The notes under the pieces are model-generated. The model had not been told where the DNA came from and did no database searches. It saw only the letters and a list, made by a program, of their open reading frames with translations. A stretch of DNA of 64,000 nucleotides from NCBI GenBank assembly GCA_027307335.1, contig DAHUXD010000054.1:4611-68610 (forward strand). Direction: 5' to 3'. The translations under genes and the position numbers were made by a program. Positions 19,676 through 29,325 of this stretch are shown here, one piece after another. The number at the start of each line of letters is the position of its first letter. The first letter of the stretch is position 1. This stretch comes from Acidobacteriota bacterium (GTDB taxonomy: Bacteria; Acidobacteriota; Thermoanaerobaculia; UBA5066; Gp7-AA6).

Positions 19676-20576
19676 GGCGCCGGCCGGGGGCGTCGCGGAA
19701 TATCTCGCGACGCGCCGGGGCGAGGTCGACCGCGCCCTCGAGCGGCTGCTGCCGCCGGGGGACGCGTGGCCGTCGATTCTCCATCGCGCGATCCGTCACT
19801 CCGTGTTCGCGGGCGGCAAGCGCCTGCGCCCGATCCTCTGCCTCGCGGCCGCGGAGGTGCTCGGCGCCTCGTCCGAGGACGTGCTCGAGCCGGCGTGCGG
19901 TCTCGAGATGATCCACACCTACTCGCTCATCCACGACGACCTTCCGGCTCTCGACAACGACGACCTGCGCCGCGGCGTGCCCACGTGCCACGTCGTGTTC
20001 GGCGAGGCGACCGCGATTCTCGCCGGCGACGCGCTCCTGACCCACGGCCTCGGCGTGTTCGCGGCCTACCCGAAGGGGGAGAAGCACGCGGCCGCCAAGA
20101 TCCGCGTGCTCGAGACCGTGGTCGAGGCGATCGGGACGCGCGGCATGATCGGCGGCCAGATGGCCGACATCGAGGCCGAGCAGGAGACGCGGCCGACCGC
20201 CGAGCTCCTGACCCGCATCCACGAGAACAAGACGGGCCGGCTGATGCGCGCGTCGCTGCTGTGCGGCGCGATCCTCGCCGGGGGCGACGACGAAAAACTC
20301 GCCGCGATCGACCGTTACGGCACCCGGATCGGCCTCGCGTTCCAGATCAAGGACGACCTGCTCGACGTCGAGTCCGACGCCGCGACGCTCGGCAAGGCGT
20401 CGAACAAGGACGCCGCCGCCGGGAAGGCGACGTTCCCGGTCGTCTGGGGCGTCGAGCGTTCGCGCGCGCTGCTGTCCGAGAACATCGCGGCGGCGGTCGC
20501 GGAGGCCCAGGCGCTCCCGCGGGGCGGCGGCGTGCTGCCGGACCTCGCGCGGTTCATCGGCGCCCGCCGGTCGTGA
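19659..20576 (+). CDS. ispA: Polyprenyl (farnesyl/geranylgeranyl) diphosphate synthase
   Basis: GGKRLRP, HDDLPALDNDDLRRG and FQIKDDLLD motifs. Confidence 0.92.
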   Translation: MPTGAEAPAGGVAEYLATRRGEVDRALERLLPPGDAWPSILHRAIRHSVFAGGKRLRPILCLAAAEVLGASSEDVLEPACGLEMIHTYSLIHDDLPALDNDDLRRGVPTCHVVFGEATAILAGDALLTHGLGVFAAYPKGEKHAAAKIRVLETVVEAIGTRGMIGGQMADIEAEQETRPTAELLTRIHENKTGRLMRASLLCGAILAGGDDEKLAAIDRYGTRIGLAFQIKDDLLDVESDAATLGKASNKDAAAGKATFPVVWGVERSRALLSENIAAAVAEAQALPRGGGVLPDLARFIGARRS

Positions 20577-21568
20577 AGGCGTTCGTCCAGACCGCGATCG
20601 GAAAATTCGAAGAGCGCGACCTCGAGCGGCCGGAGCCGGGCCCGGGCGAGCTCGTCCTGCGGATGCGCGCCGCCCTGACGTGCGGCACCGACGTCAAGCT
20701 CCTCGCGCGCGGGCACGCCCGCATCGCGCTGCCGGTGACGATGGGTCACGAGCTGTGCGGCGAGGTGGCGGCCGCGGGCCCGGGGGCCGGCGGATTCCGG
20801 CCGGGCGAGCGCGTCGTCCCCGGGATCTCGGGACCGTGCGGCCGGTGCGCGGACTGCAGCACGGGGCGGCCGAACCTCTGCGAGCGAGGCCACGCCGATC
20901 GCACGTGGGGAGCCTTCGCCGAGTACGTGCGCGTGCCGGCGGGGGTCGTCGCCGCGAACCTCCACCGCGTGCCCGGCGCCCTCGAGGACGAGGTCGCCGC
21001 GTTCATGGACCCGCTCGCCTCCGTCCTCCACGGCTGGAGCCGGCTGGGGAGCGCTCCCTCGACGCTCCTCGTCTACGGCGCGGGCGCGCTCGGACTCCTC
21101 TGGGCGGCGGTCGCCGCGCGGCACGGCGCGGCGGTCGTGGTCGCGGGACGCCGCCCGGAACGCGCCCGGCTCGCCGAGCGGTTCGGCGCGCGGTTCGCCG
21201 ACGTCGAACGAAACGGCCCGGCTCCCGAGACCGATGCCGCCGTGGATTGCACCGGCGATCCCGCCGTGTGGCGGCTCCTTTCGGAGAGCGTGCGCCCGGG
21301 CGGCACCGTGGTTCTCTTCGGCGGCTGCGCGCCGGGAGCGACGGCCGCGTTCGACGCCGCTCGCCTCCATTACGGGGAGCTCGCTCTCGTCGGCTCGTTC
21401 CACTACGGTCCGGCCGAGGCGCGGGCCGCGCTCGACCTGCTCGCCTCGGGCGCGATCGACCCGCGGCCCCTGCTCGCCGAGCGCGGCGCGCTCGCCGACC
21501 TGCCGCGCTTCCTCGCCGCGCAGGCGCGGGGCGAGGGCGTCCGCTACGCCGTCCGGAGCGGCGCGTGA
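20573..21568 (+). CDS. Zinc-dependent alcohol/polyol dehydrogenase (MDR family)
   Basis: CGTD, GHE, structural zinc CxxCxxC..C and GAGALG motifs. GTG 20573 overlaps the ispA stop. Confidence 0.87.
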   Translation: MKAFVQTAIGKFEERDLERPEPGPGELVLRMRAALTCGTDVKLLARGHARIALPVTMGHELCGEVAAAGPGAGGFRPGERVVPGISGPCGRCADCSTGRPNLCERGHADRTWGAFAEYVRVPAGVVAANLHRVPGALEDEVAAFMDPLASVLHGWSRLGSAPSTLLVYGAGALGLLWAAVAARHGAAVVVAGRRPERARLAERFGARFADVERNGPAPETDAAVDCTGDPAVWRLLSESVRPGGTVVLFGGCAPGATAAFDAARLHYGELALVGSFHYGPAEARAALDLLASGAIDPRPLLAERGALADLPRFLAAQARGEGVRYAVRSGA

Positions 21569-21700
21569 CGCTCGCCGCGCTTCCCGCTACCGCTCGTCCT
21601 CGCGGCGGGGAGCCTGAAGGTCGTCTGAAAGAGCGGGGCGTCGGGCCTTCCGGGGGTATGCTTCGGCCTCCGGCGGCAAGCGCCGCGGGCAGGAGGCGAC

Positions 21701-22237
21701 ATGGCGAGGATCGGGGTGTTCCGCGCGGGTCTCGCGGCCGGCGTCTTCGTGGCCTCGACGGCCCTCGCGATGGCCGATGCGCCCGCGGTCGGCTCGCCCG
21801 CCCCGGCGTTCACCCTCACGTCGGACCAGGGGAAGTCCACGAGCCTCACGGACTACAAGGGCAAGTGGGTCGTCCTCTACTTCTATCCGAAGGACTTCAC
21901 CGGCGGTTGAACGCTCGAAGCCCACAACTTCCAGCGTGACCTGGAGCAGTACCAGAAGGCCAACGCCGTCATCCTCGGGGTGAGCCTCGACACCGTCCAA
22001 TCGCACAAGGACTTCTGCGCGAAGGAGGGGCTGCACTTCACCCTCCTGTCGGACCCCGATGGCAAGGTCTCGTCGGCGTACGACTCGGTCATGACCTACG
22101 AGGGGCAGAAGTACTCCGCGCGCCACACGTATCTCATTGCGCCCGACGGGAAGATCGCGAAGGTGTTCCTGAACGTGAAGCCCGGCAACCACAGCGAGGA
22201 GGTGCTCGCCGCACTGGCGAGCCTCCAGAAGAAGTAG
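21701..22237 (+). CDS. Predicted selenocysteine-containing peroxiredoxin (BCP/PrxQ) with N-terminal signal peptide, in-frame UGA at 21908-21910
   Basis: The ORF track splits it into 21701-21910 and 21980-22237 in the same frame. Joined it reads ...[14 protein letters not shown][TGA][10 protein letters not shown]...ILGVSLD...DFCAKE...LLSDPDG...[25 protein letters not shown]-like hairpin at 21929-21946. Confidence 0.88.
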
Positions 22238-22253
22238 GCGCGTCGACTCGCCA

Positions 22254-23066
22254 TTGCGCGCGGTCATTCTCGCCGGGGGTCTGGGGACGCGGCTGCGGCG
22301 GCCGGGCGCCGCGGCGAGACTCGACGCCGCGCAGGCGGCGGCGGCCGATCGCGGCCTGAAGGCGCTGGTTCCCATCGGCGGCCGGCCCTTCCTCGACTAC
22401 GGGCTGTCGGGCCTCGCCGACGCCGGCGTGTCCGAGGCCGTCCTCGTGATCGGGCCGGCGAGCGCGGCGATCCGGGAACACTACGCGAAGAATCCGCCGT
22501 CCCGGATCCGGCTCTCGTTCGCCGAGCAGCGCGAGCCGCGCGGCTCGGCCGACGCGCTGCTCGCGGCCGAGCCCCTCGTGGACGCCGGCGGCACGGACTT
22601 CCTCGCGATGAACTCGGACGACCTGTACCCGCCGTCGGCGCTCCGCGGTCTGATCGAGCTCGGGCGGCCGGGACTGCCCGTCTTCTCCGGGGCGGCGCTT
22701 CTCGCGCACGGCAACTTCCCGCCCGAGCGGCTCGCGCGGTTCGCCACGCTCGAGATCGGCGCGAACGGAGAGCTCCGTCGGATCGTCGAGAAGCCCGGCG
22801 GCGCCGCGGCGGGCGCCCCGTCCGGCGATTCCTGGTACAGCATGAACCTTTGGCGCTTCTCGCCGGCGATCTTCGAACCCTGCCGCCGCGTGCCGCTCTC
22901 GACCCGGGGCGAGAAGGAGCTGCCGCAGGCCGTCGGCTTCGGGATCGCCGCGCTCGGCCTGTCGTTCCGCACGTTTCCGTGCGCCGAGGGGGTGATCGAC
23001 CTCTCGACCCGCGATGACGTCGAGGGCGTCGCCGCCCGGCTCGCCGGAGAGGCGCCCCGGCCCTGA
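22254..23066 (+). CDS. Sugar-phosphate nucleotidyltransferase family protein
   Basis: [24 protein letters not shown] and [12 protein letters not shown] motifs. Confidence 0.85.
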   Translation: MRAVILAGGLGTRLRRPGAAARLDAAQAAAADRGLKALVPIGGRPFLDYGLSGLADAGVSEAVLVIGPASAAIREHYAKNPPSRIRLSFAEQREPRGSADALLAAEPLVDAGGTDFLAMNSDDLYPPSALRGLIELGRPGLPVFSGAALLAHGNFPPERLARFATLEIGANGELRRIVEKPGGAAAGAPSGDSWYSMNLWRFSPAIFEPCRRVPLSTRGEKELPQAVGFGIAALGLSFRTFPCAEGVIDLSTRDDVEGVAARLAGEAPRP

Positions 23067-23078
23067 GCGTCCGCCGGG

Positions 23079-26000
23079 TCAGCGAAGCCGGACGAAGTCC
23101 TCGGACAGAACGCGATCGTACGCGTCGAGCGCGCGGTCGGCGTCGGCCTCGGAGAAGACGAGCGGCGGCTTCATCTTGATGACGTCGTGGTCGGGGCCGT
23201 CGGTCGAGAGAAGGATGCCGTGGTCCTTCATCCGCTCGACGACGTACGCGGCCTGGCGCGGGGCGGGCGACCGCGCGTGCCGGTCGAGGACGAGCTCGAT
23301 GCCGAGGAAGAGTCCGAGCCCGCGCACGTCGCCGACGATCTCGTGCCGCTCCGCGAGGAGCCGGAGTCCCGCCTCGAGGCGCGCCCCGACGACGAGCGCC
23401 CGCTCCGGCAGCCGCTCGTCGCGGATCACGTCGAGCACGGCGAGGCCGATCTCGCACGAGACGGGGTTGCCGCCGAAGGTGTTGAAGTACTCCATGCCGT
23501 TCGCGAACGCCGCCGCGATCGCCGGCGTCGTCACGACGGCGCCGAGCGGGTGCCCGTTGCCGATCGGCTTGCCCAGCGTCACGATGTCGGGGACGACGCC
23601 CTGCGTTTCGAATCCCCAGAAGGCCGAGCCGACGCGGCCGAAGCCGACCTGGACCTCGTCGGCGATGCACACGGCGCCGGCCGCGCGGGCGTGGGCGTAG
23701 GCCGCGGCGAGGTAGCCCGGCGGCAGGACGATCTGGCCGCCGCAGGAGAGCAGGCTCTCGCAGAGGAACGCCGCGGGCGCGCGGCCGGCGGCGCGGACGC
23801 GCCCGAACGCCTCGCCGACGTGCGCGGCATACCTCGTTGCGCGCGCCGGGTCGTCGCGCCGGTAGAGCCCGCGGTAGTCGTCCGGCATCGGCGCGACGTG
23901 CACCCATGGAGGCGCGCCCTCGCCGCCCGGTCTCGCGTGCTTGTAGGGGCTGACGTCGACGAGGCCCTGCGTGTTCCCGTGGTACGCGCCGTCCACGACG
24001 ACGACGTCCCGCCCGCCGGTCGCGGCGCGCGCCAGCCGGAGCGCCAGCTCGTTCGCCTCCGATCCCGAGCAGACGAAGAAGCAGACCGATAGGGGGTCCG
24101 GCAGGGTCGCGGCGAGGCGCTCGGCATAGCGGACGATCGACGGGTGGAGGTAGCGCGTGTTCGTGTTGAGCACGGCCATCTGCCGCGCTCCGGCGCGAGC
24201 GACGCGCGGGTGGCCATGGCCGACGTGCGCGACGTTGTTGACCATGTCGAGGTAGACGCGACCGGTCTCGTCGTAGAGCGCGGCTTCGGAGCCGCGCACG
24301 ATCTCGAGCGGGTCGCGGTAGGAGAGCGAAAGGTTCCTCCCGAGGTGCCGCCGGCGCTCGGCGCGCAATCGCTCGTACGCGTCGGCGGGCGCGCGGAATC
24401 GGGGCGGCCCGCCGAGGACGAGGTTCGGATCGGGGCAGAGGGAGAGCCACGTCGCGCGCTGGCTCGCCGCGGCCACTCCCGGGAAGTCGCCGCGGAGACC
24501 GAGGAGGTCCGCGATCACCTGGAAGTGCGTGTGCGGCGCCCAGTCGCCGTTCTCGGGCGGCGGTCCGATCTCTCCGATCTTCTGCCCTCGCACGACGGCA
24601 TCGCCCTCGCGGAGGTCCGCGATCGAGGCACGCGAGAGATGGCCGTACAGCGTGTAGAAGGTCGGACCGCCGTCCGGCGCGTGCTCGAGGATGACCGTCG
24701 GGCCGTAGTCGAAGCGGGCGGCGTTGTCGCGCACGCCGTGCACGCGGCCCGCGATCGGGGCGAAGACGGGGGAGCCCGCCGGCTGGAAGAGGTCGTGGGC
24801 GAGGTGGACCGTGCGGCGCTCCGGGTGCTCCTCCGAGGAGCTGCCGTAGGCGTCGCCGAAGTAGAGCAGCCGCGCCTCGTCGTAGCGGCCGATGCCGAGG
24901 GTGGCGCCCCGGGAAGAGAGCGCGCCGAAGAGCCTCGCCGTCATGCGCTCGCGGTCGGTCGCCTCCTCGGGCGAGGCGAAGACGGGGCTGCCGACCGAGA
25001 GATCGAACACCACGGCCTCCGAGAGGTCCGCCGCCACGACCGGTCCGATCTCCGCGCGGTGTTCCCGAAGCCACGCCGCGATCGCGGGGGTTGTCGGGCA
25101 CGGCTCGAGTCCGCACGCCGCCCGCAGCCGGTAGTGCGCCAGCGAGGAAGGAATCGTCCGCATCGCGGCGAGGGCGTCCCACGCCGGCGCCTCGCTCACG
25201 AGGAGGTACGCGTTGTCGGGCTCGGTCGTGCGGCGGAGCGCCGACAAGCACACGCTCGTGCACAGCCGGATCGCGGTCAGGATCCAGAGCGCCTCGATCT
25301 CGGGCTCCGAGAGCGGCCGCACGGCGTGGTAGCCCGCGGCGACCTCTCCGGCCGCGGCGGCCGGATCCGCCTTGCCGAAGATCGCGTAGGCGGCCGCGAC
25401 CGCCACCTCGGACACCGTCCACGACTCGACCATGTCGCCGAAGTCGAGGAGTCCCGCGATCGTTCGCTCGCGGTCGGCCGGCGGACCGACGAGCACGTTG
25501 TGATCGTTGCCGTCGTTGTGGATGACCGAGCGGGGGAGCGACTGGAGGAGCGGCGCGACGACCCGGGCGTGCTCGGCCACGAAGTGCTCGACGACGGAGC
25601 GCCTTTCGCCGTCCTCGATCCTCCCCACGTGCCGCGCGACGACGTCGAGAGCGCGGTCGGGGTTCCAGAGGAGATCGCGTTGGCGGGCGGCCGGATGCGC
25701 GAAGCCCTCGAGCGCGCGGTCGAGGCGGCCGAGGAGCCGGCCGACTCCGCGCAGGAGGGCCGGCGAACGGGGGCGCGCCTCGGCGAGGACGGTCCCCGGA
25801 AGGTGCGAGAGCACCCGCACGAGCCGGCCTCCGGACTCGACGAGGACGCGGCCGTCCGCCGCGGGCACGAGACGAGGGACCGGGAGCTCGCCGTCTCGGG
25901 TCGCGATCCACTCGAGCGCGCGGTTCTGGAGATCGACGTTCTCTCGACGCTCGGCCGGTCCGCCGATCTTGAAAACGAAGCGCCCGCGCGGCGTGGCGAG

Positions 26001-26138
26001 CTCGAAGTTCTGGTCGCGCTCGCTCGGGAGCTCGCGAATGCCGTCGGCGGGGAGCTGCCAGGCGCTTCGGGCGAGATCCGCAGCGTCCTTCGCCGTCCAG
26101 CGGCTGCCGGGGCCGCCCTGTTCCGCGTCGGAAATCAC
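23079..26138 (-). CDS. Three-domain fusion: aminoglycoside-phosphotransferase-like kinase + M23-like domain + class III PLP aminotransferase/phospho-lyase
   Basis: Kinase [15 protein letters not shown] and DFGD; M23-like HLAHD, LYGHL and [26 protein letters not shown] and TLGKPIGNG. Confidence 0.88.
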   Translation of the reverse strand: MISDAEQGGPGSRWTAKDAADLARSAWQLPADGIRELPSERDQNFELATPRGRFVFKIGGPAERRENVDLQNRALEWIATRDGELPVPRLVPAADGRVLVESGGRLVRVLSHLPGTVLAEARPRSPALLRGVGRLLGRLDRALEGFAHPAARQRDLLWNPDRALDVVARHVGRIEDGERRSVVEHFVAEHARVVAPLLQSLPRSVIHNDGNDHNVLVGPPADRERTIAGLLDFGDMVESWTVSEVAVAAAYAIFGKADPAAAAGEVAAGYHAVRPLSEPEIEALWILTAIRLCTSVCLSALRRTTEPDNAYLLVSEAPAWDALAAMRTIPSSLAHYRLRAACGLEPCPTTPAIAAWLREHRAEIGPVVAADLSEAVVFDLSVGSPVFASPEEATDRERMTARLFGALSSRGATLGIGRYDEARLLYFGDAYGSSSEEHPERRTVHLAHDLFQPAGSPVFAPIAGRVHGVRDNAARFDYGPTVILEHAPDGGPTFYTLYGHLSRASIADLREGDAVVRGQKIGEIGPPPENGDWAPHTHFQVIADLLGLRGDFPGVAAASQRATWLSLCPDPNLVLGGPPRFRAPADAYERLRAERRRHLGRNLSLSYRDPLEIVRGSEAALYDETGRVYLDMVNNVAHVGHGHPRVARAGARQMAVLNTNTRYLHPSIVRYAERLAATLPDPLSVCFFVCSGSEANELALRLARAATGGRDVVVVDGAYHGNTQGLVDVSPYKHARPGGEGAPPWVHVAPMPDDYRGLYRRDDPARATRYAAHVGEAFGRVRAAGRAPAAFLCESLLSCGGQIVLPPGYLAAAYAHARAAGAVCIADEVQVGFGRVGSAFWGFETQGVVPDIVTLGKPIGNGHPLGAVVTTPAIAAAFANGMEYFNTFGGNPVSCEIGLAVLDVIRDERLPERALVVGARLEAGLRLLAERHEIVGDVRGLGLFLGIELVLDRHARSPAPRQAAYVVERMKDHGILLSTDGPDHDVIKMKPPLVFSEADADRALDAYDRVLSEDFVRLR

Positions 26139-26159
26139 GGCGCGATATTCTCACGCGCC

Positions 26160-27410
26160 ATGCAGACCGCCGCGCTCGACGCCCGGCTCGACGTTGCCGC
26201 GATCCGCGGCCGGTTTCCCGCGCTCGCTCGCGTCCACGAGGGCCGTCCCGTGGCCTACTTCGACGGCCCGGGCGGCACGCAGGTGCCCCGCGCCGTCGCC
26301 GACGCGATGACCGACTACCTTCTGCACCACAACGCCAACACGCACTGGAAGTACCCGTCGTCGGAGGAGACCGACGCGATGATCGAGGCGGCGCGCGACG
26401 CCCTGGCCGACTTCGTCAGTGGCGACGCGTCCGAGATCGCGTTCGGCCAGAACATGACGACACTGACGTACCACCTCTCGCGCGCGCTCGGCCGGAAATG
26501 GGGCCCGGGCGACGAGATCGTCGTGACGGAGCTCGACCACCACGCGAACGTCGATCCATGGAAGTGGCTCGCGAAGGAGCGCGGCGTCACGATCCGCAAG
26601 GTCCGCATGCGGACCGAGACCGGGGACCTCGATCCGGCCTACCTCGAGCGCGCCATCGGGAAGCGCACGCGGCTCGTCGCGATCGGGGGCGCCTCGAACG
26701 CGCTCGGCACGATCAACGACGTGCGCCGGATCTGCTCGATGGCGCGCGACGCCGGCGCGCTCGCGTTCGTCGACGCGGTGCACTACGCGCCGCACGTCCT
26801 GCCCGACGTCGCGGAGATCGGGTGCGACTTCCTCGCGTGCTCGCCGTACAAGTTCTACGGGCCGCACCTCGGCGTGCTGTGGGGGAAGCGCGCGCTCATC
26901 GACGCGCTCGACGTGCCGAGGCTCGAGCCGGCGCCGGACTGGTCGCCGGAGCGCCTGGAGACCGGCACGCTCTCGCACGAGGCGATCGCCGGCGCCGCGG
27001 CCGCCGTCGACTTCCTCGCCGGGCTCGCCGGAGGGGCCGCCTCCGGCCGCCGTTCCGCGCTCGAGGCGGCCTATGCGGGCCTCCACGCGCGGGGCGCGCG
27101 CCTGTTCGCGCGCCTCTGGGAGGGACTCGGCCGCATTCCGGGCGTGACGCGCTACGGCCCTCCGGCGGACGCGCGGCGGACGCCGACCGTCTCCTTCGTC
27201 GTCGCCGGGCGCGGCGCGCACGAGGTGGCCGCGGACCTCGCCCGCCGCGCCGTGTTCGCGTCGAGCGGCGACTTCTACGCCTGGACCATCGTTCAGCGCC
27301 TCGGCCACGCGGAGGACGGGCTCGTCCGCGCGGGCTGCGCCATCTATACGACGGACGAGGAGGTCGAGCGGCTGCTCGAGGGGGTCTCGGAGGCGGCGTC
27401 GCGCCGCTAA
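26160..27410 (+). CDS. Cysteine desulfurase-like class V PLP enzyme (TIGR01976-like)
   Basis: YFDGPGGTQVP, DHHAN, DAVHYAPH, SPYKFYGPH and ETGT motifs; ATG at 26160. Confidence 0.9.
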   Translation: MQTAALDARLDVAAIRGRFPALARVHEGRPVAYFDGPGGTQVPRAVADAMTDYLLHHNANTHWKYPSSEETDAMIEAARDALADFVSGDASEIAFGQNMTTLTYHLSRALGRKWGPGDEIVVTELDHHANVDPWKWLAKERGVTIRKVRMRTETGDLDPAYLERAIGKRTRLVAIGGASNALGTINDVRRICSMARDAGALAFVDAVHYAPHVLPDVAEIGCDFLACSPYKFYGPHLGVLWGKRALIDALDVPRLEPAPDWSPERLETGTLSHEAIAGAAAAVDFLAGLAGGAASGRRSALEAAYAGLHARGARLFARLWEGLGRIPGVTRYGPPADARRTPTVSFVVAGRGAHEVAADLARRAVFASSGDFYAWTIVQRLGHAEDGLVRAGCAIYTTDEEVERLLEGVSEAASRR

Positions 27411-28264
27411 CCCAATCGCTCGAGCAGGGCGAAGCCGCCGAGGCGCTTCAGCTCCGCCCGCTTCTCGGGCGAGGCGAACCGGCCGAGCAGCCGCCAGATC
27501 CAGGCGTTCCAGGGTCCGCGGCCGAGGCGGATCGCCTCCTCGAGCGTCGACCGGTACTCGACCTCGCGCCAGCCGAACCTTTCGAAGAAGCGCGTGCTCT
27601 CCGCCGGCGCGAAGCGCAACGGCGCCCGGGCGGCGCCGAGCGAGGAGCCCCACCTCTTGTCGAGCATCTTCTTCAGGCGCGGCGCGATCAGGTCGAGGAG
27701 CCACCATCGGAAGGCCGGCACCGCGCGCAGGTCCTCGGCCAGGTCGCCGACCTCCTCGTCCGACAGATACACGAGCAGGCCCTCGGCCACGACCAGCGCC
27801 CGGCCGGCGACCGCTCCGATCCGGGAGAACACGTCGCGCCGCTCGGCCGGCGTCGTGAGGTCCGCCGAGACCGCCTCGTAGGCGCAGGCGGGGCGCTCCT
27901 CCCGGAGCCCGCCGACCTTGTAGCCCAGGATCCCGGGCAGGTCGACGTCGAACCACCGGAGCGTGGGCGGCAGCGCCATGCGCCACGGCCGCGTGTCGAG
28001 ACCCGCCGCGAGGTTCACCACCGTGTCGGCGCCGTCGCGCGCGATCGTCCGGAGGAGGATCTCGTCGAAGGCGCACGTCCGCGCCACCATCGGCCAGAGA
28101 CCGGACCGGAAGCCGGGGAGCGTGCGCGCGATCTCCTCGCCGCGCGTGCCGGCCAGCCGCCGCGCGAACGGGTCGCGGAATCGGGCGTCGGGGCGCTCCG
28201 ACTCGATCGCGCGGTACATCGCGACCCAGCGCGCGGTATCGCTGACGCTTTCGAGCGGCGACAT
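27407..28264 (-). CDS. SAM-dependent methyltransferase (leucine carboxyl methyltransferase/YktD-like)
   Basis: SDTARWVA..RA.ES, F.DPFA, NLAAGLDTRP and AEGLLVYL motifs. Confidence 0.87.
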   Translation of the reverse strand: MSPLESVSDTARWVAMYRAIESERPDARFRDPFARRLAGTRGEEIARTLPGFRSGLWPMVARTCAFDEILLRTIARDGADTVVNLAAGLDTRPWRMALPPTLRWFDVDLPGILGYKVGGLREERPACAYEAVSADLTTPAERRDVFSRIGAVAGRALVVAEGLLVYLSDEEVGDLAEDLRAVPAFRWWLLDLIAPRLKKMLDKRWGSSLGAARAPLRFAPAESTRFFERFGWREVEYRSTLEEAIRLGRGPWNAWIWRLLGRFASPEKRAELKRLGGFALLERLG

Positions 28265-28305
28265 GGCGGACGCGAATCCTATCCCCGTGTTCGATAATCG
28301 GCCTG

Positions 28306-29325
28306 GTGAAAGCCGTGCGGGTCGGCGCGTCGGGCGCCGTCGAGGTCGTCGAGATGGACGAGCCCCGGATCGGGCCGGGCGAGGCCCTGCTCCGGACGCG
28401 CGTCTCGGGGATCTGCGGCTCGGACCTGCTCGACTGGTACGTGCGGGGCAAGGCGGGCAGCGTCCTCGGTCACGAGCTCTCGGGGGAGATCGTCGCGGTC
28501 GGCGACGGCGTGACCGACTTCGCCACCGGGGACCGGGTCGTGCCGCACCACCACGCCCCGTGCTTCTCCTGCGTGCACTGCGAGGCGGGCCGCTACGTGC
28601 ACTGCGCCGAGTGGCGCGCCTCCCGCCTCGACCCGGGCGGGATGGCCGAGCGCGTGCGGATTCCCGCGGGAAACCTCGCGCGCGACACGCAGAAGGTTCC
28701 CGACGGCGTGTCGGACGAGGCCGCGAGCTTCACCGAGCCGCTCGCGACGGTCGTGAAGGCGTTCCGCCGCGGGCACTTTGCGGCCGGGCTGTCGTTTTTC
28801 GGCGTGGGGCTCGGCACGACCGGCCAGCTCGCGCTGCGCCTCGCGCGCGCGTCGGGCGCCTCCCGCCTCGCCGGCGCCGATCGGGTCGCGTCGCGCCTCG
28901 CCCTCGCGCGCACGGCGGGTGCCGAGGTGGTGAACGTGGACCAGGAGCCGCTCGCCGAGGCGGCGCGGCGCCTGTCCGGCGGCCGCGGATTCGACTTCGT
29001 GCTCGTCTGCCCCGGCAAGGCGGACGTCGTCCGCGACGCGGTCGGGGCCGTGGCGCCCGGCGGAACGCTCCTCGTGTTCACGATGGCGGCGCCGGGCGAC
29101 ACGTGGGCCGCGGACCTGAACGGCCTGTACTTCCGGGAGATCGCGGTCGTCCCGTCCTACTCCTGCGGCCCCGACGACACGCGCGACGCGCTCGCCGCGA
29201 TCGCGAGCGGCCGTGTGGCCGTGGATGACCTCGTCTCGCACCGCTTCGGCATCGCCGAGGCGGCCGAGGCCTTCGCGCGCGCGCGCCGTCCCGAGGGCTC
29301 GATGAAGGTCGTGCTGGCGTCTTGA
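28306..29325 (+). CDS. Zinc-dependent alcohol/polyol dehydrogenase (MDR family), paralog of 20573-21568
   Basis: GICGSD, GHE, CxxCxxC..C and EPLA motifs. Confidence 0.87.
   Translation: MKAVRVGASGAVEVVEMDEPRIGPGEALLRTRVSGICGSDLLDWYVRGKAGSVLGHELSGEIVAVGDGVTDFATGDRVVPHHHAPCFSCVHCEAGRYVHCAEWRASRLDPGGMAERVRIPAGNLARDTQKVPDGVSDEAASFTEPLATVVKAFRRGHFAAGLSFFGVGLGTTGQLALRLARASGASRLAGADRVASRLALARTAGAEVVNVDQEPLAEAARRLSGGRGFDFVLVCPGKADVVRDAVGAVAPGGTLLVFTMAAPGDTWAADLNGLYFREIAVVPSYSCGPDDTRDALAAIASGRVAVDDLVSHRFGIAEAAEAFARARRPEGSMKVVLAS

Noticed and set aside
21701..22237. Interpretation as a pseudogene or two small genes
   Set aside because: Both parts are in frame, the stop sits exactly at the catalytic Cys, a SECIS-like hairpin follows, and a paralog shows the same pattern.
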